From: an uncultured Gemmatimonadota bacterium | Lineage (GTDB): Bacteria; Gemmatimonadota; Gemmatimonadetes; Palauibacterales; Palauibacteraceae | Direction of reading: 5' to 3' | DNA length: 64,000 nt | Assembly (NCBI GenBank): GCA_964509895.1 | Contig: CAZDZJ010000119.1 | Location: forward strand, 817-64,816 | In this document: positions 8,737 through 19,400 of the stretch, piece after piece | How positions within the stretch are numbered: position 1 is the first letter of the stretch | Layout: each line of letters opens with the position of its first letter | Made by a program: the position numbers and the translations under genes | The notes under the pieces: generated by a model | The model's database searches: none | What the model was told of the DNA's origin: nothing | Seen by the model: only the letters and a program-made list of their open reading frames with translations

Positions 8737-10482
8737 CTATGGGACGGCGACTCTCACGGTGACGATGTCCGTGTCGTGGTACTGCTGATGGCGAACCGAC
8801 GAAGCGAGGTGGCGCAGGAGGCGCAGCGATACCTCGCTCTCCGCGGACGTCTCCCCGACCTCCCCGCTCAGCAGAGCGAGGCGATCCTGGAGGTTCTCGT
8901 CCCGCGGTGCGACCACGAATTCGAGCGCGACCTCATCCTTGTCGCGGTGCGCGGACATCACGAGCCGACGCCGGGAGCGATCGTCTCCGGACGGCTCCGG
9001 CCGGGCCAGCGAGAGCAGCGCCTCCTCGGCGGCGGCGTCCAGACGGTCCGCGACCTCCTCATCCAGGCCGGCTTTCGCGGCGAAGGGCGCGAGGAACTCC
9101 CGAATCCGCGGTAGCGCCGAGGGCCCGAATTCGGTTTCGATGCGGGCTCGCCGGGGTTCGGTCAGGCGAAGGAAGAGGGTGAGGGCGATGGCCGTGAAGC
9201 CGCCCGCGTTCATCCCGTTCGCCAGCAGACCTCCGGCGAAGGCGGACACCTGATCGGGAAGAATGAGCCCATACTGGAATCCAACCCCCGTCAGGAATGC
9301 GAGACCGACGACGATGCCGTCGCGGTAGCCGAGTCCGCCCTGCAGGATGATCCTGAGGCCGATCGCGAACAGCATCGCGAGGAGGACGGTCAGGTAACCC
9401 GCGAAGACCGGATCCGGGATCGCGAGCACGACCGCGAACGCCTTGGGCAGAAACGCGAAGGCGATGAAGGCGGCGCCGGCCGCCAGACCCACCCCCCGCG
9501 CCGCGACGCCGGTGAGCTGCGTCAACGGGACGCTCGTGGTGGTGGCGCTGCCGGGCACCGTCCCGGCGAGACCGGCGAGGAGGTTGCCGACGCCGTCCAC
9601 GGCCACCGCCCCCTGCACGGCCCGGAAATCGGTCGCGCGACCCGCGCGCCGCCACGACACCCGCTGGATCGCGACAGCGCTGCTCATCGTCCGGATGGCC
9701 GCGATCACGGCAACGAGCAGGAACGAAGGCAGGAGGGTCCAGAAGGCCGGCCCGAAGCCGAGGTCGAAGCCGGGCGGACGCGGGCGCGGCAGCGCGACCC
9801 AGGCCGCGTCGGCTATGCGCTCCACATCGTAGAGGCCGTGAAGGCCGGCGATGGCGGTACCGACGATCACGCCGATCACCGGTGCCCACAGGCGGAGCGC
9901 CCCCGTACCGCGCAGGGCGATGCAGCCGATCAGGATCATGGTTGCGAAGAAGCTGAGTGCGGTGCCCGGGGGCCCGCTGCCGCCGGGCGCGGTGGCAAGG
10001 AGCCCCGACACGAAGGGCAGCACCGTCACCGGGATCAGCATGATCACCGTACCGGAGACGGATGGGGTCAGAATCCGCTGGAAGAGAGACAGCCGCCACG
10101 AAAGCAGCAGCGGGATGACCGCGGCGACCGCGACGAGCGTGGCGAGAAGGGCCGGGCCGCCCTCGGTGAGCGCCATGATGCTCGCGGGGATGAACGCGCC
10201 GGAGGTGCCCATCAGGAGAACGTGCCCCGTACCGAAGCGCCCGGCCCGGACGGCTTGCAGCATCGTCGCCAGTCCGCAGGCCGTGACGGACGCCAGCACC
10301 GCCCAGGAGAGATACTCCTCGCGCACTCCCGCGGCGCGCATGACGACCAGCGGGATCAACACGATCGCCGCGATGTTCAGCACGGCGAGCTGCAGCCCGA
10401 CGCCGAGCGCCAGGGGCGTCGGGGCCTTCTCGTCCGGCTCGTAGCGGACGCCGGCCCGGCCGTCCGCCGCGGAGGCGCTCAA
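8737..10482 (-). CDS. NCS2/SulP-superfamily (xanthine/uracil-permease-like) transporter with a C-terminal RsbW-like degenerate GHKL domain
   Basis: The TTG start overlaps the PKS stop (TTGA, 10479-10482). It is the only start codon upstream of the conserved VRYEPDE segment shared with the paralog at 41519-43276. About 440 aa of TM helices (LALGVGLQLAVLNIAAIVLIPLVV, VDGVGNLLAGLAGTVPGS), then about 135 soluble aa ending SLRLLRHLASSVRHQQYHDTDIVTVRV. Confidence 0.8.
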   Translation of the reverse strand: MSASAADGRAGVRYEPDEKAPTPLALGVGLQLAVLNIAAIVLIPLVVMRAAGVREEYLSWAVLASVTACGLATMLQAVRAGRFGTGHVLLMGTSGAFIPASIMALTEGGPALLATLVAVAAVIPLLLSWRLSLFQRILTPSVSGTVIMLIPVTVLPFVSGLLATAPGGSGPPGTALSFFATMILIGCIALRGTGALRLWAPVIGVIVGTAIAGLHGLYDVERIADAAWVALPRPRPPGFDLGFGPAFWTLLPSFLLVAVIAAIRTMSSAVAIQRVSWRRAGRATDFRAVQGAVAVDGVGNLLAGLAGTVPGSATTTSVPLTQLTGVAARGVGLAAGAAFIAFAFLPKAFAVVLAIPDPVFAGYLTVLLAMLFAIGLRIILQGGLGYRDGIVVGLAFLTGVGFQYGLILPDQVSAFAGGLLANGMNAGGFTAIALTLFLRLTEPRRARIETEFGPSALPRIREFLAPFAAKAGLDEEVADRLDAAAEEALLSLARPEPSGDDRSRRRLVMSAHRDKDEVALEFVVAPRDENLQDRLALLSGEVGETSAESEVSLRLLRHLASSVRHQQYHDTDIVTVRVAVP

Positions 10483-13400
10483 GCCCCGGTCTCGATCCAG
10501 TGGCGTCGGCGCTGGAACGGATAACCGGGCAGCGCAATCCGGCGTCTCGTCTCACCGGCAAACAGGCCCACGAATGAGACCGGGAGCCCTGCCTCGTACG
10601 CTCTCGCCACGGCGACCGGGAACGGATGTTCGGCACCACCCCGTTCGTCGGGCCAGTCGCCGAGCGCCGCCGGGCCCGCGGACGAGGACGGCCCGATTTC
10701 GATCACGTGGTCGACACCGAGGTCCGCCAGCGCCCGGGAGGTACGGCCGCGATCTCCGCGCGCCGACGCCTGCTCGCGCCAGTAGGCACCGTCCGGTGCC
10801 CGCGCGGCATCCATCCGCCGGCCCGTCACCTGGCTGATGATCGCCATCGCAGGCGATGAGAGTCCCATCCCCTGCGCGGCGGCTTCCAGCTCTTCCAGTG
10901 GGTCGCTCTTCGGGTCGTCCGGATCGTCGCCCGGCATGGCGGCCGCCAGGCGCTGCTTCGGCCGGGCCATGGCGGCTCCCCTCGCCGCCGAGAGCCGCAG
11001 CCCGTCGTCCAGGCTGAAGATCCCGGCGACCCAGCCGGCGGCCAACTCGCCGACACCGTGTCCCGCCACCGCGCCGGGGCGGATGCCGGCGCTCGCCCAG
11101 AGCGCCGTGAGCGCGCAGCCCAGTGCGTAGGCGGCCGGCTGCGCCCACTCGGGATCCCGCAGCGTTCCCTGCGCGCCTGCGCGGCCGAACATCACGTCGA
11201 GAAGCGATGCCCCGTCACGTTCCTCCCCGAGCACCAGTTCACAGCGATCGAGGATGGCGCGCACGACCGGCTCCCGGTCGTACAGCTCCTCGCCCGACCC
11301 GTCCCGGGCGCCCTCCTCTCCGGCGAAGACGAAGGCCACCTTCGGAGCGGTGCCCGGCCCGGCGTCGCGGCGCCACTCGTCCTCGACCTCCCGCTCGGCG
11401 AGGACGCCCAGTCCCTCGCGGAGCGACGCGACATCGCGGAAAACGAGGCCGGCCCGGTGTGCGAGGTGAGACCGGCCGACGCCCGCCGTCCAGGCCATGT
11501 CCGCGAGCACCGAGGCCCCGGCGCCACCCTCGTCGGGCACCCCTTCCGGCGCCTCGCCAACGCGTCCCTCCAGCCACTCGAGGTACAGCCGCGCCAGCTC
11601 CCTCAACGCCCGGGGCGACTTCGCCGAAAGAGGCAGAAGGCGCGTCTCCCGGGGTCCGGCATCGCCGGCGAGCGGCGGCCATCCCTCCGACTCGGGAAGG
11701 GCGAGCGGAACCGTGACCCCGGGGCCCGCAGGCATCCGGGCTCCGTTCAGGATCGAAGCGCGGTCCGGCCCGCCGTTCCCCTCGACGACGACGTGCGCGT
11801 TCGTCCCCGAAATCCCGAACGAACTCACCCCTGCCCTGGGCGGACGATCGCCGTTCGACGGCCACGCCACGGCCTCGTCGGTGACCCGCACCGGGAGATC
11901 CTCCCAGGCCAGGTGGGGGTTCGGGTTGTGGAAGTGCAGCTGCTTCGGGATCCGGCCTTCGTTCATGGCGAGGACGGCCTTGATCAGGCTCGCGATCCCG
12001 GCCGCGCACTCGAGGTGGCCGATGTTCGTCTTCACCGAACCGATCAGGAGGGGCCGCTCCTCGTCGCGTCCCTCCCCGTAGACCGCCGCGGCCGCCTGCA
12101 CCTCGATCGGGTCGCCGAGATCGGAGCCCACCCCGTTCGCCTCGAGGTAGTCCACCGACGCCGGCGCCACGCCCGCCCGTGCGAGCGCCTCCTCGATCAC
12201 GCGTTCCTGGGCCGGCCCGTTGGGGACGGTGAGCCCCGCGCTGGTCCCGTTCTGGTTGACCGCGGATCCGCGGATCACACCCCAGATCCGGTCGCCGTCG
12301 GCCTTCGCATCGGCGAGCCGCTTGAGGACGACCACCCCGCAGCCCTCTCCGCGCACGAACCCGTCCGCCGCCGCATCGAAGCTGTGGCAGGTTCCACTCG
12401 CCGAGAGCAGCCCGACTTCCTTCATGAAGGTGGCCGTCTCGGGCCACAGGATCGCGTTGACGCCTCCGACGAGGGCCAGTTCCACTTCTCCCTGCCGGAC
12501 CGCGGCGGCGGCCTGGTGAACGGCCACGAGCGAGGAGGCGCACGCCATGTCGAGTGGGACCGCGGGCCCGGTGAGACCAAGGGCGAAGGAGATCCGGCCC
12601 GCGGTCACGCTCATCGTCGTCCCCAGGTATCCGTGTCCATGGCCCATGGCCGCGGCAAGGTCCCTGTAGTCTCCCGTCGTGACGCCCGCATAGACCCCCG
12701 TATTCGTGCCCTTCAGCCGCGCCGCATCCAGGCCGGCGTCCTCCAGTGCGTGCCACGTCGTCTCGAGCAGGAGACGCTGTCGCGGATCCATCATGCGCGC
12801 CTCGATCGGGGTGATCCCGAAGAAGCGCGCGTCGAACTTGTCGATATCCTCGAGGAACGCGCCGCGGCGCGAGTTGGGGTCCTCGGAGGCGGGATCCCCG
12901 GCCACGCCGTTCCACGGACCCGCGTCCCGGCGTCCGTCCGTGACCGCATCCACCCCGGCGTCGAGCTGGCGCCAGAAGGCGGCGAGGTCCGGCGCGCCGG
13001 GGAAGCGGCATGCCATGCCGACGATCGCGACGCCGTCGTCCTCGGCCTCCCCGGCACCGGCCGCCGAGTCTCCCACGGCCGGTTGGACCGGCGCCTCCGT
13101 GGCGGCTTCCGGCGTGGCGGCAGGCGCCTCGCCCCCTTCGCCGAGTGCCTCGGCCAGGTGCGCGGCGAGTTCGGCGATGTTGGGATAGTCGAACACCAGC
13201 GTGTTCGGCGCCGTGTACGTCCCGGCGAACGCCCGGTTCAGCCGGTTCCGCAGCTCCACGGCCATCAGCGAGTCCATCCCGAGATCGAAAAATCCCACGG
13301 TGGGAGCCGGGGCCGACGACAGCCTCAGGACAGCCTGAACCTCGCCCTGCACGAAAGAGACGAGGAGGTCCTGCCGCTCCGCCGCCAGCGTTCCGCGGAG

Positions 13401-16400
13401 TCGCGTGAGGACGTCCTCGGAGGACGAGGCGTCACCCGCCCGGGCCTCGGACGCCGCGGAGAGCAGGTCTTCGAGCATGGGCGGAGGGTCGTCGACGGCC
13501 TCCTCGAACACGTCCCAATCCATCGACATGACGACGGATGCCGTGGCGTCCTGCCGCACGAGCCGGTCGAACGCCCGCATGCCCTGCTGCGGGGTGAACC
13601 AGCGGCCTCCGAGGGCCGAGCGCTGCCGGTCGATCCGGTCGCGCTGTTCCGCGGCTTCCCCGATGTCCGACCAGGCACCCCAGGCGATGGCCTGCCCCGG
13701 GAGCCCCAGCGCGCGGCGGTGGCCGGCGAGCTGGTCCAGAAAGGCGTTCGCCGAGGCATGGTTCGCCTGGCCCGGATTCCCCATGACCCCGACGCGGCTC
13801 GAGAAGAGCGTGAAGAAGTCCAGGTCGAGGTCGCGCGTGGCGCCGTGCAGGTGCCAGGCACCGAGAATCTTGGGCCACAGCACGCGCTCGAAGCGCTCCC
13901 AGTTCTGGTTCGTGAGCGCGCCATCCGACAGCACGCCCACGCTGTGGATCACGCCGCCGAGCGGCGGCAGGTCGCGCTCGATGCGAGCGAGCATGCCGTC
14001 GATGGCGGCCTGGTCGGTCATGTCGGCCAACTCGACCTGGACCGTCACGCCGCGCTGCCGGAGCGCGCCGATGGCCTCTTCGGCCTCCGGATCCGGGTCC
14101 CGGCGGCCGTTCAGCACGACCGCGCCCGCGCCCCGCTCGGCGAGCCAGTTGGCCACGGCGATCCCGATCCCGCCCAGGCCACCCGTCACCAGGTAGCTCC
14201 GATCTCCCCGCAACCCGCCCCGCACGAGGGGCGGCGTTGTCACGACGATCTTCCCGAGGTGGCGGGCCGAGCGCATGAACGACAGCGCGGCGCCCGCTTC
14301 GGCCAGCGGCCACCGGCTGTGCACGATGGGCTCGATTTCGCCCGTCGAGAGCTGCTCCATCACCCCCCGCAGCACCCGCCCGACCCATGCCGGGTCGGTC
14401 TTCTTGAGCACATCCAGTTCGAGGATCCAGTACCCCACGTCAGGGCGCACGGCCGCCATCTCCTCCTCGGTGAGGATGTCGCGCCGGGCCATCTCGACGA
14501 AGCGGCCGCCTTCCCGGAGGCAGGCGAGGCTCGCGTCGATGAAGCCCTCGCTCGTGAGGCTGTTCAGGACCACGTCCACGCCCTCGCCACCCGTCGCCTC
14601 CAGGATCTCGTGCCCGAAGTCGGTCGTGCGGCTGTCGAACACGTGCTCGACGCCCAGCGAGCGCAGATACGCCTGCTTCGGGACGCTCGCCGTGGCGAAC
14701 ACCTCCGCCCCGGCTGCCTGCACGAGCTGGATCGCGGCCAAGCCCACGCCGCCCGCGCCCGCGTGGACGAGGACGCGCTCGCCCGCCTCCAGCCCGGACA
14801 ACTCGAAGGAGAGCGCCGCCGACACGTACGCGCTCGGCACCGTCGCCAGTCCGCTCACGGAGAAGCCATCCGGCGCGGGGGCGACCAGCTCCTCGTGCGT
14901 GATCATCTGCGGCCCGAAAGCTCCGAAGCCGAGACCCACGATGTGATCGCCGACCGAGACGGAAGACACTTCCGGGCCCACCTCGAGGATGTGGCCGCAC
15001 ATCTCCCGTCCGAGGAGGCCCTCCTCGATGAAGCCGAGCGACCGGAACACGTCCCAGAAATTCAGGCCGGAGGCCTCGACCGCGACGCGGACTTCATGCG
15101 GTTCCAGCGGCCGCGCGGGCAGGGGCTGCACGTACGGCCGGTCGAACACGCCCCCCGTGTCCGGCGCCAACACCCATTCCGTCTCCTCCGGGAACTCGAG
15201 GCGCTCGGCGCCGGCGCCCATGCGCACGAGACGCGCCACCTGACGGCTTCCACGCCGGTACGCGATGTGATTCTCGGGGTCCGGGTAGAGGAGTTCGTTG
15301 GCAAGATCCGGTTCCGCCGCCATCGAGCCCGGATCGAGGTCGAGCATGCGCGGCTCCAGGTGCGCGGCTTCCCGGGCCACCCCCTTGCCGAATCCCCACA
15401 CGGCGGCGCCAGCGAGTTCTCCGCCCCGCTCGCGCTCGAGGATCTGTGCCCCCCGGGTGATGAACCACACGCCCCTTTCGGGGGTCAGATCCGAATCGCC
15501 CACGCCCTGCACGAGCGCGAGCGCGCTCGCCACGGCACGTTCGACATCCGCCGCCATCTCCTCGGTCGTGGCGCGCTCCCCGTGCCCGTCCAGCGCCGCG
15601 AGGTGTACGGCGCCGCAGAACGGGACGTCCCCCGGCAGACTCTCGATCAGCGAGCGCCACGCCTCGCGGTCGCCCCCATCCGTCGCGCTCGCCACGACGA
15701 CGGTCTGGTTCCGCGCCCTCATCCGGGCGGCCAGCCTCTCCGCCACTCCTCCATCGTCCGCCGCGAGAACCCAGGCGCCGGCGGACTCGGTCACCTTCGC
15801 CGGGCCCTGCGCCACGATCACGCCCTTGTCGAGCTTCATGTCCGGATCGGACTCGTCCACGCCGAGGATCTCGACCGCCTCGAACCCCGCGTCGCCGAGG
15901 GCCTGCCGCCATACGCCGGGACCGGCCAGCGCGTGGTGCGGGCGGTAGTCGTCGGCGAAGCGCCACCAGCCGTCGAGCTGTCCGAACGTCAGGTCCATCC
16001 AGCCCAGGCCCGTGAGGTTCTCGAGCGCGACGATCTGCCCGGATGGCGCCATGAGGTCCCTGCAATGCCCGAGCGTCTCCTCCAGGTATCGCGTCGCGTG
16101 CAGCACGTTCGAGGCGATCATGAGGTCGTAGCCGTGGGCGTCGAAGCCCTGGGCGATGGGATCCTTCTCGATATCCAGGGGACGGTACTCGATGCATCCG
16201 CCGGCGTCGCCGAAGCGCGCCTCCGCCTCCGCGAAGAAACCGGCGGAGATGTCCGTGTACACGTAGTCGAACCGCCCTTCCGGAAGCTCCGGGAGTACCG
16301 ACGCGGTCGCCGACCCCGTCCCCGCCCCGACCTCGATCACGCGCAGGCGGCGGCCCTCGGGGAGCGCGGCGACCAGCGCCCGCACCGCCTCGGCCAGCAT

Positions 16401-19400
16401 CTCGTTGGCCGCTCGCGCGACGGGCGCCTTCAGGTACAGGTCGGCGGCCGTCGGTTCCCCGCTGCTGAACAGGAGCGTGAGGGGATCGGCGTCACCCCGG
16501 AGCGCATCGGCCAGTGCCATGCCCGAGCGACGGAAGAGGCCAACCTCCGTGAGGCCGTGCGCATGGCGGCCGGCCATCTCGGTCGCGAACGCTTCGAGAT
16601 CCCGCGGCAGGTGCTCCGGCAACGGGTCGTCCGGGCCCACAAGGATGTGGAAGCCCTCGGCCGTCTCCTCCGCCACGCCGCACCAGTCGAGCATCTCGAA
16701 CATGCGGCGGAAGAGGCGTCCGTGTTCCGGGAGCACATCCAGCTTCTGCCGGAGTCGCTCCGGGTCCACCGTCTCCCCGGCCGTCCTGCGCCAGCCCAGA
16801 TCCTCGAGGGTCCGGAGGGCGCGGGCGTGCGACCAGCGCTCCAGATCGGCCAGGAGGGCGTTCCGGTCCTCCGGATCGACGCCCGCGTCCGTCAGGTAGC
16901 CCGCGAACAACTGCGCGCCCCCCGCGATGGCGGCGGGGCTCGGGAAGAAATCGGCGGGGTCGATCCCCTTCGGAAGGTCGCGTTCGCGCCACACGACCTC
17001 GTACAGCAGATCCTTGACCCCCTCGACCGCCGAGAGCAGCGCCTGCCGGGTGGCCCGCTTCACCGTGTAGCCGCTCAGGCGGCCGAGCGGCGTGCCGTCC
17101 GGATCGTAGATGCGGAGTTCGCCGCTCAGGACCTCCGCGGGCTCGCCCCCTTCGGCTTCCGCCTCACGCGAGGCTTCGCTCAGGCGGACGTGACAGACCA
17201 CCCGGTCGGGCAGCCGCCCGGCCAGCCACAGCCGCTCCCAGCCGAACGGGAGATACGTGGCGCCGCCCTCGCTTCCCGCCACGTTGCGGGCCACGCCCAC
17301 GGCCTGGAAGCAGCCGTCCAGCACGAGCGGATGCACGTCGAGTCCGTGCCCGGCCATCCCCTCCGGGAGCGAGACCTCGGCCACCGCCTCCCCCGGCCCG
17401 GACCACGCCCTCCCCAGCGTGCGGAAGGACGGACCGAGGTCGACGCCGGTGCTCGCCCGGTGGCGGTAGTATTCCGCCACTTCCACGCGGGAGAGATCGG
17501 CCTTGAGGCCCTCGAGGTCGGTGCGGCCGCCGTCTTCAGGGTCGGGAACGCCGACCGCCAGGCGGCCCTCCACGTGGACCGTCCACACGCCCCCGCTCCC
17601 CCGGCTGAAGATCTGGACGCCGCGCGGCGCGGTCGGATCGGGAGCATCGAGCACGACCTGCAGCGTCCGCCCCGCCGCGTCCGCTTCGCCCTCGTCCTCA
17701 TCGAAGACGAGCGGGTTGTGCAACTGCATCTCCTCGACGACGACCGATCCCCCCTCCTCGAGGAGGGACGCCGCTATCGTCATGGCCCCGTACAGCGCCC
17801 CGGGCGCCACGACGCGGCTGAACACCCGGTGGTCGTCCATCCAGGCCGGATCCGAGGGGAAGACCTCCGTCTCGAAGGTGATCTCGCCGCGCGCGGACTC
17901 ATGCCGCGCCCCGAGAAGCGGGTGCTCCGCGCCCCCGCGCCGGCGTTTCGGGAGGGCGATCCAGTGATGCTTCCGCTGGAACGGGTAGCTGGGCAGCGAG
18001 ATCCGGCGCGGCGCCTCTCCCGCGAACAACCCGGCGAAACGGATGGTGAGGCCCGCCTCGTATGCCTCGGCCACCGCCTCGGTAAAACCATCCGGGCCGC
18101 CGGAGCCCGGATCGTCCGGCGCGGGCGGGCGAAGGCTCGAGAGCACCACCGGCGCCCGCGACGACTCCGGCCAGGCCGAGGCCGCCATCGGGGCCAGCAC
18201 CGACCTCGGGCCGATTTCCAGCACGGCATCCACGCCGAGTTCCGCGAGCGCCTCCACCCCCTGGGCGAAGGCCACCGCCTCCCGGGCATGCCGCCGCCAG
18301 TAGGCCCCATCCAGCGTCTGACCCGGTTCCACGGCCCGGCCCGTCAGGTTGCTGACCACGGTGAGGGAGGGCGTTCCGATCGCGGCGCCCTCGAGGCACG
18401 CCTCCAGTTCATCCAGGATGGGTTCCACCAGGGCGCTGTGGAACGCCCGCTTCGTGTTGAGGCGCCTGACCCGGACGCCTTCCTCGTCCAGGCGCTTCGA
18501 GATGGTCTCGATGTCCGCGACCGGCCCGCTGACGACCTGGTGACTGCCGTTGTAGCCCGAGATGCCGAGCCCCGCACCGGAAGAACCCGCGTTCACCGCC
18601 TCGACCGCCGACGCCACCTGCTCGGGCGGGGCGAACACGGCGGCCATGGCGCCCTCCTCCATGCCCGACATCAGCGCGCCCCGCGTGGCCGCGAAGCGCA
18701 TGCCGTCTTCGAGGCTGAATACGCCCGCCGCCTGGGCCGCGGCGATCTCTCCGATGCTGTGGCCCACGACCACGGCGGGACGGACGCCGAGGCTCGACCA
18801 CAGCGCCGTCAGCGCGCACCCCAGGGCGTAGAGCGCCGGCTGCTCCCAGGCCGTATCGCCGAGATCCGCGCTTCCGCCGCCACGCCCGAACATGACGTCG
18901 AGCAGCGAGCTTCCCCGTTCCTCCAGGAACACCGCCTCGCAGCGGTCCAGGACGGCCCGGGCCACCGGCTCGCTCTCGTAGAGCGCCGCTCCCATGCCGG
19001 CCCACTGGCTGCCCTGCCCCGTGTAGGCGAAGGCCACGCGGGCCGGCGCGGCGGACGGCTCGCCCTCCTCCGTTGCGGCCAGCGCGCGGAGTCCTTCGCG
19101 CAACGTCTCCGCATCGCGGAAGACCACGCCCGCGCGATGGTCGAAGTGGCTCCGTCCCACGCCCGCCGTCCACGCCATGTCGGAGAGGAGCGGGTCCGAA
19201 GCGAGGTCGCCGGAAGAAAGTTCCCCCGCGTGCTCGTCCAGCCAGGACAGGTACCGCCCGGCGAGGTCGCGGAGCGCACCCCGGGACTTGCCGGACAGCG
19301 GAAGGACACGCGTCGTGCGGTGTTCGACCTCCGGCCCCGTCGATTCCGGCACGCCTCGCGCCATCGGAACCGGCACCGGAATCGCGGCGCCCGCGGCCCA

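Noticed and set aside
10482-13031. Reading KS2-AT2 as the start of a normal second elongation module that continues on another protein.
   Set aside because: AT2 lacks its nucleophilic Ser, its GQGSQ loop and about 80 residues including the specificity motif. KS2 lacks the decarboxylation His. No DH, KR or ACP-only PKS gene follows in the window.
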